The position numbers and the translations under genes are program-made. 64,000 nt of DNA from a bacterium (GTDB taxonomy: Bacteria > Patescibacteriota > Patescibacteriia > Patescibacteriales > UBA12465): positions 13,872 through 77,871 of the forward strand of contig JAUYNJ010000004.1 in NCBI GenBank assembly GCA_030696105.1, read 5' to 3'. Below are positions 44,373 to 51,697 of this stretch, piece after piece (within the stretch, counting starts at the first letter, position 1; every line of letters begins with the position of its first letter). Below the pieces are notes generated by a model. The model did not search any database. It saw nothing but the letters and a program-made list of their open reading frames with translations, and was not told the origin of the DNA.

Positions 44373-45179
44373 TTATTTAATGAGCTCGCGCACTTCCTTA
44401 ATCTTCTCCATTGCGCCAGTATATTCTTTATTGTCGAATAATGTTTTCGCTTCATCGAGAATCTCACTCGCCGCCTTTACATCTTTAACAGGTTCAACTT
44501 TTACTTCCTCAGTGCCAGTGGCCGTGACGCTAGTGCTTGCAGTGGCGGTGGCATTAACAGTGCCGTTACTAATTGAGAGCTGCAAACCGGTATCATCTTT
44601 TTCGGTACCGGCAGAGATGACGATGTCATCAGGGTTTACGGTATCAGTATTAATGAGGTTAGGAGTAACATTTTTTTCAATTGAAGCGATGCGAGCACGG
44701 ACGGTGTTAAGTTCACGATCGAAATTCTTATTTAATTCTGCAACTCTTACTTCATTCTGAGCATTATCTTCGGTGCGGGATAAAACTTCAGTAATTGCTT
44801 CGGCGTGATCAGTCGCAAATTTCACTTCAAGCTTTGCCTTCTCTTCGTTGTTAAATACTGTTGAAAGCTTTGCCTTCTCCGAAATGATACGCGCGATATA
44901 TAATGATTCATCCGGCTTCGCTCTGTTGAAGGCGAGATGACCATAGGCGCTAGCGCCAGTCGCGAAGAGTAATAAGGCACCAAGCACCATGGCCGGTTGA
45001 GAGACGGTCATAGTAAAGCTGCGGGCATCAATTAAGATGCGCTTCCAGACGGATAATTCCTTGGCCCCAGAGTTAGAGATTTGGGATAGCAAAATCTCCC
45101 GGTTGCTTTTCAACCAGGCTGAATCAGGAGTTATCTTCTTGAGGTCCTTCAGTTGTGCGATGAAGTTATTCTCAGTCAT
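44373..45179 (-). CDS. hypothetical bitopic protein, DUF5667-like; possible anti-sigma partner
   Basis: Start set at ATG 45179 (MTENNFIAQL; the track start is TTG). One TM (PAMVLGALLLFATGASAYGHLAF), helical extracytoplasmic region. Same strand as, and downstream of, the sigma factor gene. Confidence 0.6.
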   Translation of the reverse strand: MTENNFIAQLKDLKKITPDSAWLKSNREILLSQISNSGAKELSVWKRILIDARSFTMTVSQPAMVLGALLLFATGASAYGHLAFNRAKPDESLYIARIISEKAKLSTVFNNEEKAKLEVKFATDHAEAITEVLSRTEDNAQNEVRVAELNKNFDRELNTVRARIASIEKNVTPNLINTDTVNPDDIVISAGTEKDDTGLQLSISNGTVNATATASTSVTATGTEEVKVEPVKDVKAASEILDEAKTLFDNKEYTGAMEKIKEVRELIK

Positions 45180-45355
45180 ACGCAATAGTATACGGATGGG
45201 GAGTCATTTTGTTACAGTCCCCCGCCCCATTTCTGCCCGTCTTTATTGATGATTTCTCGCTCATTGTGACTTAAGTCTAGGGATATGTGGACTTAAAGGT
45301 GGAGAGTGATAAAGTTGTAATTTATAGTTTTGTTAAATCGATGTTACCACTCATT

Positions 45356-45364
45356 TGCTAGAAT
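45356..45364 (+). promoter_or_regulatory. extended -10 promoter (TGcTAGAAT) for the tRNA-like RNA
   Basis: tgctagaat ends 9 nt before G45374. No good -35, as is often the case for extended -10 promoters. Confidence 0.5.
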
Positions 45365-45373
45365 GATTCCAGT

Positions 45374-45441
45374 GGGCCCGGCGAGGATGCAAGCGTGGTC
45401 TTAACATTCACGTCTTCGGGGTTCGAGTCCCCGCGGGTCCA
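45374..45441 (+). ncRNA. 68-nt tRNA-like RNA with G3:U70 acceptor pair, canonical T arm, no canonical D arm
   Basis: Acceptor GGGCCCG/CGGGTCC (G3:T70 wobble). T arm CGGGG-TTCGAGT-CCCCG. Discriminator A. Only 36 nt lie between acceptor and T stem. Central hairpin CGTGG-TCTTAACAT-TCACG. Confidence 0.55.
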
Positions 45442-45456
45442 CCCAGGTCTGGTTGC

Positions 45457-45484
45457 TTGACTACTAATATTCTCGTGTTATAAT
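45457..45484 (+). promoter_or_regulatory. near-consensus promoter
   Basis: TTGACT (45457..45462), 16 nt, TGtTATAAT (45476..45484). Confidence 0.6.
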
Positions 45485-45490
45485 GTAGTT

Positions 45491-45555
45491 GTTAAGATCA
45501 CGCTTGAGCCCTGAATTGAATATCAAATAAGCACCCGCTCGGGTGCTTATTTTTA
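45491..45555 (+). ncRNA. candidate orphan small RNA (~65 nt)
   Basis: Runs from the near-consensus promoter to the terminator aagcaccc-gctc-gggtgctt + attttta (45529..45555). No plausible ORF. Confidence 0.35.
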
Positions 45556-45578
45556 TATCCAAATATCAATTTGTTTAC

Positions 45579-46169
45579 CTATTTTTTACCCTTCTCGAGT
45601 TCGTCTTCAACCATCTCTTTTAAAGCGGCGATGGCGCGGTGCAAGATAACGCGGATATTGCCCCTCGACTTACCAGTGACAGCGGCAATCTCTTCGAGGC
45701 TTAAATCATTCACAAAGCGCAGGACGATGACTTCACGATACTCTTCTTTGAGCAAAGGTAACTGCTTACGTATGAGCTCCATGTCGCTTGCCTGATCCAT
45801 ATTCGCCGCCAGGTCCTGTTTGTCATCAACCACGTCAATTGGGTTGTTCTCATCATCAAGGGACACCTCAAGCTTATTACCGCTCTCACGATAATAGTCA
45901 ATAATGGAGGTGCGGGCAACTTTATACACTAAGGCGCGTAAGGTGCGGCTATCGCTTAGGCTATTTGCCTGAATATAATTCCAAGCTTTAAGGAAAATCA
46001 TCGAGGTTAAATCACGAGCTTCTTCCTCGCGCCCTACCTTAAAATAGACGAAACGATAAACGTCCTCCACGTAGTCGTCGTAGACTTTAATAAATGCCTC
46101 CTTATCTCCACTCTTTAGCTGTTGCAACAATTGCTTCTCTTTGAATTTTTTTATTAGATTAGGGGCCAT
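45579..46169 (-). CDS. RNA polymerase sigma-70 family (ECF-like) sigma factor
   Basis: Start set at ATG 46169 (MAPNLIKKF). Region 2 (DVYRFVYFKVGREEEARDLTSMIFLKAW) and region 4 HTH (LSLEEIAAVTGKSRGNIRVILHRAIAALKE). Confidence 0.88.
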   Translation of the reverse strand: MAPNLIKKFKEKQLLQQLKSGDKEAFIKVYDDYVEDVYRFVYFKVGREEEARDLTSMIFLKAWNYIQANSLSDSRTLRALVYKVARTSIIDYYRESGNKLEVSLDDENNPIDVVDDKQDLAANMDQASDMELIRKQLPLLKEEYREVIVLRFVNDLSLEEIAAVTGKSRGNIRVILHRAIAALKEMVEDELEKGKK

Positions 46170-46348
46170 GATTATAATCAAAAATAAAGGGAGTATTCCC
46201 TTTCGCGTGTGTCTCAATTTTAACTTCTTTATTCTAGCACAAAAAGGCAAAAAAGCAAGGAAAAATTATTCACTTTTGACTCTATAGCTACAACGCAAAT
46301 CAATACACTTTAGTCACTATCGCCGGCCCCAAGCTTTTCTTTACCCTA

Positions 46349-46377
46349 TTGACTAAATTATAGATTAGTGCTATGCT
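46349..46377 (+). promoter_or_regulatory. promoter for the 89-aa HTH gene
   Basis: TTGACT (46349..46354), 17 nt, TGcTATGCT (46369..46377). Followed by the 9-bp inverted repeat ttaagtcta-N8-tagacttaa (46395..46420). Confidence 0.55.
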
Positions 46378-46438
46378 TGGACTAAGTATCAATTTTAAGT
46401 CTACATTATCTTAGACTTAAATAATATATATCACATAC

Positions 46439-46708
46439 ATGCTCGAACTATTCAAAAACAAAGTCCTCAAAAATCCACTCTGGCTATCCGTTTCTGAAGC
46501 AGCGAAAATCGGAGGCATTAAAGATAAAACCGTTCGTCGCGCCTTAAAGGCCGAGAGCGGTCTTAAGTTTAAAATTATCAACAACCGCTATCAGATTGAA
46601 CTCGCCTCCCTTGTCGTCTATTTGCACCGCAGCACGAAACTCAAAAACAAGTTTTTTGAGCATGGACTTGGTCAGTACTGGCCGAAGGAGAATGATCACA
46701 AAAAATAA
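46439..46708 (+). CDS. small DNA-binding protein (excisionase/MerR-like HTH)
   Basis: 89 aa. LSVSEAAKIGGIKDKTVRRALK resembles the HTH_17/excisionase-type motif. Confidence 0.55.
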   Translation: MLELFKNKVLKNPLWLSVSEAAKIGGIKDKTVRRALKAESGLKFKIINNRYQIELASLVVYLHRSTKLKNKFFEHGLGQYWPKENDHKK

Positions 46709-46716
46709 TTAGATAT

Positions 46717-46747
46717 AAAAAAGCACCTGATTCCGTAGGTGCTTTTT
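46717..46747. terminator. bidirectional intrinsic terminator
   Basis: aaaaagcacct-gattccgt-aggtgcttttt between convergent genes. Confidence 0.85.
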
Positions 46748-46773
46748 TAGTATATGAGGAAGTCTATTTATTC

Positions 46774-47055
46774 TTATAGAACTGCATCCTTCACAGCCTT
46801 TGCAAGGCGGAACTTCACAACTGTCTTAGCTGGGATTTTGATAGTTTCACCAGTTGCAGGATTGCGGCCTTCACGTGCCTTTCTTTTTGCCTTCACTAAT
46901 TTACCAAAACCAGGAACGAGGCATTCGCCGCTCTTCTTCACTTCTTTGTAAACGAAAGTGGACATAGTTTCAAAAAAACCGCTGACATCTTTCTTGCTTA
47001 AGCCGGTGGCTTCAGCCATTGAGGCGACAAACTGCGCCTTAGTCACTTTTGACAT
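46774..47055 (-). CDS. hup: HU family nucleoid-associated DNA-binding protein
   Basis: Start set at ATG 47055 (MSKVTKAQFVASMAEATGLSKKDV...). GFGKLVKAKRKAREGRNPATGETIKIPA arm motif. The ORF-track N-terminal 40 aa is an artefact. Confidence 0.9.
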   Translation of the reverse strand: MSKVTKAQFVASMAEATGLSKKDVSGFFETMSTFVYKEVKKSGECLVPGFGKLVKAKRKAREGRNPATGETIKIPAKTVVKFRLAKAVKDAVL

Positions 47056-47397
47056 ACCTTTGCATGGGGCCTTTATTACGAAGCGACAAGCGTATTCGCG
47101 AGTCGGCGTAACAAGTAGCCGATTAAAGAATATTTTTATTAAAAAATACAATATTATAAATAAAGAATAAATCAATTTCTAGCCTATGTTTATTGAGTAT
47201 AAATTAAGCTCAAATTATTTATCCCCTGTTTATAAGGTTATTATAACACAATTAAAAAACAATGCCAATAAATACAAGGCTTTCGCCGAATTAATTATTT
47301 GACAAATTTTTAAAAATGCTTATTAACAAAAAAGCAATCTGCAAAAGATTGCTATTTTTGTTTAAATATAATTCTTTGGTGAGGTGTATTTTGTATT

Positions 47398-48195
47398 TTA
47401 TCTCATCTTTAAATAGCGCAGGCGGTCTTTCTCTGGCAACCTTTCAATTGCATAGCGCAACGCCGTGCGGGGCAGGCGTGTCGCATAATCATCAAGAAAC
47501 TGACGCAGCACTGCTTCATCCTTCTTCCCCATTTCACGCAACATCCACCCTACCGCCTTATGCATTAAATCTTCTTTATCATTTAACAACATCTTCGCAA
47601 GCTCAATGATTTCTGTATATTCTCCATTCTTTATCAGGGCCATCGTTGCTACCACGGCCAGGCGTCTATCCCAGAGATTTTTAGAACGCGCATATTTATT
47701 TAAGGCCGGTCTTTTTTCCGGATGACGTAATAAATAATCACCCCATATTTTATAGACGGATAAATCAACTAAATCCCAATTATTTATTCCCTGTCGGTTG
47801 GTATGATAGAAAGTAACGAAGGCCTTGCGCTCACTATCAGCTTTCGCTTTTTCGTATTTAGAAACTAAAATTAAAAGGCCAAGCAAGCGGATTTCGTGAT
47901 AGGGATTCTTTAGTAAAATTGTGATGTCTTCTAAACTTGCGTCAACATATTGTTTCGCTAAGGCGCGAGTAACAGGGACGGTAATACCTAAGAATTTATC
48001 ACCCTCACCATACTGACCCTTGCCGGTTTTAAAGAAGTAACCGAGGAATTTACCCTTATCCACATCGGCTTCCCTTATCATCACGGCGATGATTTCTTTA
48101 TGTTTATTTGTAGGTTTATTTGGCATATTTGATTTAATAGTATCTAAACTGTAACAAAAGGACTGCTCATCCGTATTATTAATGTCATAGAACAT
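47398..48195 (-). CDS. DNA alkylation repair protein (AlkD/AlkC-like HEAT-repeat glycosylase family)
   Basis: Family-typical NWDLVD, WDRR and HKAVGWMLRE motifs. Alternative ATG start at 48126. Confidence 0.8.
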   Translation of the reverse strand: MFYDINNTDEQSFCYSLDTIKSNMPNKPTNKHKEIIAVMIREADVDKGKFLGYFFKTGKGQYGEGDKFLGITVPVTRALAKQYVDASLEDITILLKNPYHEIRLLGLLILVSKYEKAKADSERKAFVTFYHTNRQGINNWDLVDLSVYKIWGDYLLRHPEKRPALNKYARSKNLWDRRLAVVATMALIKNGEYTEIIELAKMLLNDKEDLMHKAVGWMLREMGKKDEAVLRQFLDDYATRLPRTALRYAIERLPEKDRLRYLKMR

Positions 48196-48345
48196 TAATA
48201 TATCGGATGCACGCTCAAAGCTCTCGTTCCCTGCCGGTAATGTTTATCGTCAGCGAACGGGGGTCGAACAGTCAAAAAGAACTGATTCGACAGGCCAAGA
48301 GCCGGTCACTCTAGGTTCCCGCCTTATAAATTAACTCATAATTGT

Positions 48346-48495
48346 ATGAGAGAGCTAAGCGGTTTCCTTGGGTTTCTGGTTTTAATCCTTGCCCTGCGTT
48401 GGGTAATGCCTCCGGAAGCTGCCGATCTTGCTGGACAAATCCTTGTATCGATCCTAACGATCATCAGAGATTTACTCACGCAAGCTCGCACCTAA
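48346..48495 (+). CDS. candidate 49-aa membrane mini-protein
   Basis: MRELSGFLGFLVLILALRWVMPPEAADLAGQILVSILTIIRDLLTQART. CATAAT lies 4 nt upstream of the ATG (possibly leaderless). Followed by the terminator aagcctttc-aatatttt-gaaaggctt (48503..48530). Different frame from the implausible 109-aa track ORF. Confidence 0.4.
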   Translation: MRELSGFLGFLVLILALRWVMPPEAADLAGQILVSILTIIRDLLTQART

Positions 48496-48534
48496 GATAC
48501 AAAAGCCTTTCAATATTTTTGAAAGGCTTTTCTA

Positions 48535-49224
48535 TTACTCCGATATCTTTAAAGGTATCTCGCCTCGCCAGAGCTCACCATCTTTGCTGGCAAAGAAAAC
48601 AAGGTAGTCTTTCTCGGGAGTTAATTGTAAATCATAGATGCGCTGATAAGTCTGACTCTCCTTGCCATTGATTACAATCATATCACCACGACTATCACGC
48701 GCCTTGTAAATAAAGGCCTGACTGTCACTGGTAAATATGCGCGGGTTAAAAATCCAGTCATACTCACGCCCGAGCTCTCCGTTTACAATCGCGAGTTCTT
48801 TCTCTGAGCGCTTGGCGGTATAGGCAAAGTGTTTACCGTCAGGCGAAAAGCCCATGAAGGTGATGCCGTCAAATAGAGGACCGCTCTCGCCATTATAAAC
48901 CACTCGCTTAGCTGCATCTTCAGAAACAATATAAGCATAGCTCAGACCATCAGGTGAGCTGAGCAATGACAGCTCATCATACTCGCCTTTGTCAGGCAAA
49001 GATGCAACGAGACGTTCACTCAGCTTATCCTCAAGGGATAGGTCTGGTAATAACGCTGGACTTGCCGGAGATAAGACTGGCCAAGTGCGTAGCTGCCAGG
49101 CGAAGAAGAATAATAAGCAGGCGGCAATAACAAAAAGAATCAACATCGTCCAAGTGAGACGTCGTTGATTCGAATTTAAACTAAAACTTTTTTTGAGAGC
49201 CATATAATTATTATATGTGCTCAT
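48535..49224 (-). CDS. hypothetical membrane-anchored protein with beta-repeat ectodomain
   Basis: 229 aa. N-terminal TM (WTMLILFVIAACLLFFFAW) and repeated DG..FAY/Y.A-type beta-strand motifs. Confidence 0.6.
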   Translation of the reverse strand: MSTYNNYMALKKSFSLNSNQRRLTWTMLILFVIAACLLFFFAWQLRTWPVLSPASPALLPDLSLEDKLSERLVASLPDKGEYDELSLLSSPDGLSYAYIVSEDAAKRVVYNGESGPLFDGITFMGFSPDGKHFAYTAKRSEKELAIVNGELGREYDWIFNPRIFTSDSQAFIYKARDSRGDMIVINGKESQTYQRIYDLQLTPEKDYLVFFASKDGELWRGEIPLKISE

Positions 49225-49238
49225 TATATCAAATATGT

Positions 49239-49703
49239 TTAATAATGATAATCTTTGCCGGCATTAATTAAGAGTCCACGATATACTTGCTCAAGCAAGA
49301 CGACGCGTGCGAGCTCATGCGGAATTGTGAGAGATGATAATGAAATGCAATTATAGCGTTTCATAAACTCTTTTTCCCAACCTAAAGCGCCCCCAATAAC
49401 TAAAACTAAATCACGGCCATCATACTCGTTTAAAAACTCCGCAAAAGCGGGTGAGTCAAAAACACGGCCCTTTTCCGCCAAAAGAAATATATCCGCTTTT
49501 GGCAGCTTGTGCACAACTTTTTCAATTGCATCATTTTCCTGCTTTTTTGCGCGATTCTTGTCACTCTTACCAAAGGAAGTCGCACCCGTTTCAATCACTT
49601 TAAAACGGGCGTAGGGAGAGATGCGTTTTTCATAATCAGCGGCCAAAGTATGTAAAGCCTTATTTTTTAAGGCGCCGACCGCGATGAGGGTAATGTTGTT
49701 CAT
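49239..49703 (-). CDS. rlmH: 23S rRNA (pseudouridine1915-N3)-methyltransferase RlmH
   Basis: Start set at ATG 49703 (MNNITLIAVG). SPOUT motifs LVIGGALGW, LSLSSLTIPHELARVVLLEQVYRG, YH C-terminus. Confidence 0.88.
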   Translation of the reverse strand: MNNITLIAVGALKNKALHTLAADYEKRISPYARFKVIETGATSFGKSDKNRAKKQENDAIEKVVHKLPKADIFLLAEKGRVFDSPAFAEFLNEYDGRDLVLVIGGALGWEKEFMKRYNCISLSSLTIPHELARVVLLEQVYRGLLINAGKDYHY

Positions 49704-49818
49704 AAAGTTATTATAGCAGAAGCGCAAAAAAATATTTAGGTCAAGACCTCGGCCTCGTTTGACAAATTAATAAATTTGTATTTAAATAGATATATTGTTC
49801 ACCAAAAAAGCGCAGCAA

Positions 49819-50103
49819 ATGAAAGGTAGAAAAAGAATAAGCGAATTGGACGAGATGTTCAAGCGCTATGAAGAGATCATTGCCAAACCGGCCGATGAAA
49901 ACGAGTGTCAGGTAATACTGCTTGAGCTCGTAACCACCGCGACCACTATCACAGACGTCGGACTCGCCAGTAAATTCGAATCGCGATGGATGGACTTTAA
50001 AGATAAAGTTCAGTTACTCGCCGATGAGCGTATCTTCCGCGACGCACAAAACGAAATTGATATGCACCTTATCGGCATCCTTGATCCCGAAAGTGCAACA
50101 TAA
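49819..50103 (+). CDS. hypothetical small helical protein
   Basis: 94 aa from ATG 49819 (the track start at 49795 is TTG). Promoter-like TTGACA at 49759..49764. Terminator cccctctaaacaagggg + T run follows. Confidence 0.5.
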   Translation: MKGRKRISELDEMFKRYEEIIAKPADENECQVILLELVTTATTITDVGLASKFESRWMDFKDKVQLLADERIFRDAQNEIDMHLIGILDPESAT

Positions 50104-50195
50104 AAAATCTCCCAGCTTGCCTCCGGCCCCTCTAAACAAGGGGCTTTTTTTAATAATATTGTAACAATTTGCGCTTTGTTTCGTATACTATAGTA

Positions 50196-50401
50196 GAGAT
50201 AAATATATGCAATCACATTACATGTTGCAACTGAAGAACACAAAATGCCAGATCTTAGTCGATCGCGGCTCTTTTGCTGTTTACCCCCTTCCTGGGTCAG
50301 TTGGCATGTTTAGTATTATGATTGCGCCTTAAAAGGGCTCTCTCTAATAAACGGACACTAGTCAATCTCGACCCTACGGAATCAGGGTCGAGATTTTTTT
50401 T
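50196..50401 (+). ncRNA. candidate structured RNA: long interrupted hairpin plus intrinsic terminator (6S-like architecture, or leader of the MFS gene)
   Basis: -10 TATACT at 50184..50189. 50209..50234 pairs with 50297..50325 in three helices of 10/12, 4 and 7 bp. 62-nt apical region with an asymmetric unpaired 5' side. Terminator tctcgaccct-acggaatc-agggtcgaga + T9 (50366..50401). Confidence 0.4.
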
Positions 50402-50468
50402 CGTGTCAGTATTTATTGTTCATTACAAATTCACACAAACATCACTCACAATTAAAACTCACAGCCGT

Positions 50469-51644
50469 ATGAAAACCAAGATTGTTCGCCAATTCACCGT
50501 GATGGCCTTCCTGCTCAGAGCTGCGCCGGCCTTCTTCTTTGCTACCTACCAGCTCTTTCTTACAGAGCACGGTTTAAACATTTTAGAAATAAGCTTAATT
50601 AACAGCGCTTACATGATTAGCGTTTTTGTACTAGAAGTACCAACCGGCGCTTTCGCTGATAGTTATGGTCGCCGGCAATCAATTATTTGGGGCTGTCTCA
50701 TCTTGAGCCTTTCTTTCATCGGCTATTTCTTTGCCAATAACTTCCTCGGTTTTATCTTGGCGGAAATTGTCGGTGCGCTTGGCTCCTGCCTAATCTCAGG
50801 AGCGCTGGAGGCTTGGGTGGTCGATGCTTTAGAGGAAGAAAAAATTGATGAGCCCTTAGAGACCTTATTCAAACGCGAAGAGGTCTACAAACAATATGGT
50901 GTTATAAGCGGCAGCATCGCTGGCGCTCTAATCGGCTCCATTAATCTCGGTATTCCCTGGCTACTCAGTGGCTTAGCGATGTTGCTCGCCGCTCTCTATG
51001 CTCGTCGCCTTAAATGTGACGCCAAGCATAAGCATAAAAACTTTAAGTTTGACCTAACTCCTCTGCGTAACACTATTACTGAGAGCTGGCATTCCGGTCG
51101 CACTAACCCTGCCTTCCTCCGTCTCGCCGCTACCGGCACTGTTCTGGCGATGAGCGTGCAATCACTCAATATGCAGTGGCCCATCTTATTTAATCAACGC
51201 TTTGATTTGCCTATTTGGTCGCTTGGACTCATCTTTGCCGGCATTGCCGCTTTCACCGCCTTAGGAGCCCGTTTTGCGCCTCTCGCGGCTCGTAAATCAA
51301 GACATGAGGGACACAGTTTAGCGATTGCTCTGCTCATCACCGGTGTCATGATGATTCTTAGTGGACAGGCAAGTTTTGTTGCCCCCGCCCTGCTCTTCTT
51401 TCTCTTGCACGAACTCGGCCGAGGATTATTTTCTCCCTTAAAAAAGGCGATGATTAACCGTCGTATTGACGGACAAAACCGCGCCACGATGCTCTCACTC
51501 GATTCCATGGCTTTGTCGGCAGGTGCCTTCATTGGACTTGTCGGTGGCGGTTGGCTCGGCACACAATCAATCGCGCTCGCCTGGACAGTTTCCGGATTGC
51601 TCCTAGTATCACTGTTCCCCCTGCTCTACAAAAAGGGCATTTAA
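50469..51644 (+). CDS. MFS transporter
   Basis: Start set at ATG 50469 (MKTKIVRQFTVMAF). 12 predicted TM helices, with an MFS loop motif GAFADSYGRRQS between TM2 and TM3. Confidence 0.85.
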   Translation: MKTKIVRQFTVMAFLLRAAPAFFFATYQLFLTEHGLNILEISLINSAYMISVFVLEVPTGAFADSYGRRQSIIWGCLILSLSFIGYFFANNFLGFILAEIVGALGSCLISGALEAWVVDALEEEKIDEPLETLFKREEVYKQYGVISGSIAGALIGSINLGIPWLLSGLAMLLAALYARRLKCDAKHKHKNFKFDLTPLRNTITESWHSGRTNPAFLRLAATGTVLAMSVQSLNMQWPILFNQRFDLPIWSLGLIFAGIAAFTALGARFAPLAARKSRHEGHSLAIALLITGVMMILSGQASFVAPALLFFLLHELGRGLFSPLKKAMINRRIDGQNRATMLSLDSMALSAGAFIGLVGGGWLGTQSIALAWTVSGLLLVSLFPLLYKKGI

Positions 51645-51653
51645 CGAAAAACA

Positions 51654-51679
51654 AAAAGGAAGTCTTCTGACTTCCTTTT
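51654..51679. terminator. bidirectional intrinsic terminator
   Basis: aaaaggaagtc-ttct-gacttcctttt. Confidence 0.85.
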
Positions 51680-51697
51680 AAAGTATACAAAATGTTA

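Noticed and set aside
45374-45556. Two-piece (circularly permuted) tmRNA made of the tRNA-like element plus the downstream sRNA
   Set aside because: The upstream element already contains both acceptor strands. The downstream piece is only about 65 nt with no pseudoknots or plausible tag ORF. In true permuted genes the 5' acceptor strand starts the second piece.
48255-48300. tmRNA 5' end-like string (GGGGGTCGAAC...CTGATTCGACAGG, resembling GGATTCGACAGG of Bacillus ssrA)
   Set aside because: The GGGG-to-TTCGAC spacing is about 22 nt instead of about 8. There is no T-arm/ACCA 3' end within 300-450 nt downstream, which is coding sequence on the other strand, and no tag reading frame.
48342-48671. 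109-aa plus-strand ORF
   Set aside because: It starts at TTG, runs antisense through the terminator and into the 48535..49224 gene, and has a Cys/Arg/Ser-rich non-protein-like composition. A different frame (48346..48495) gives a more plausible mini-protein.
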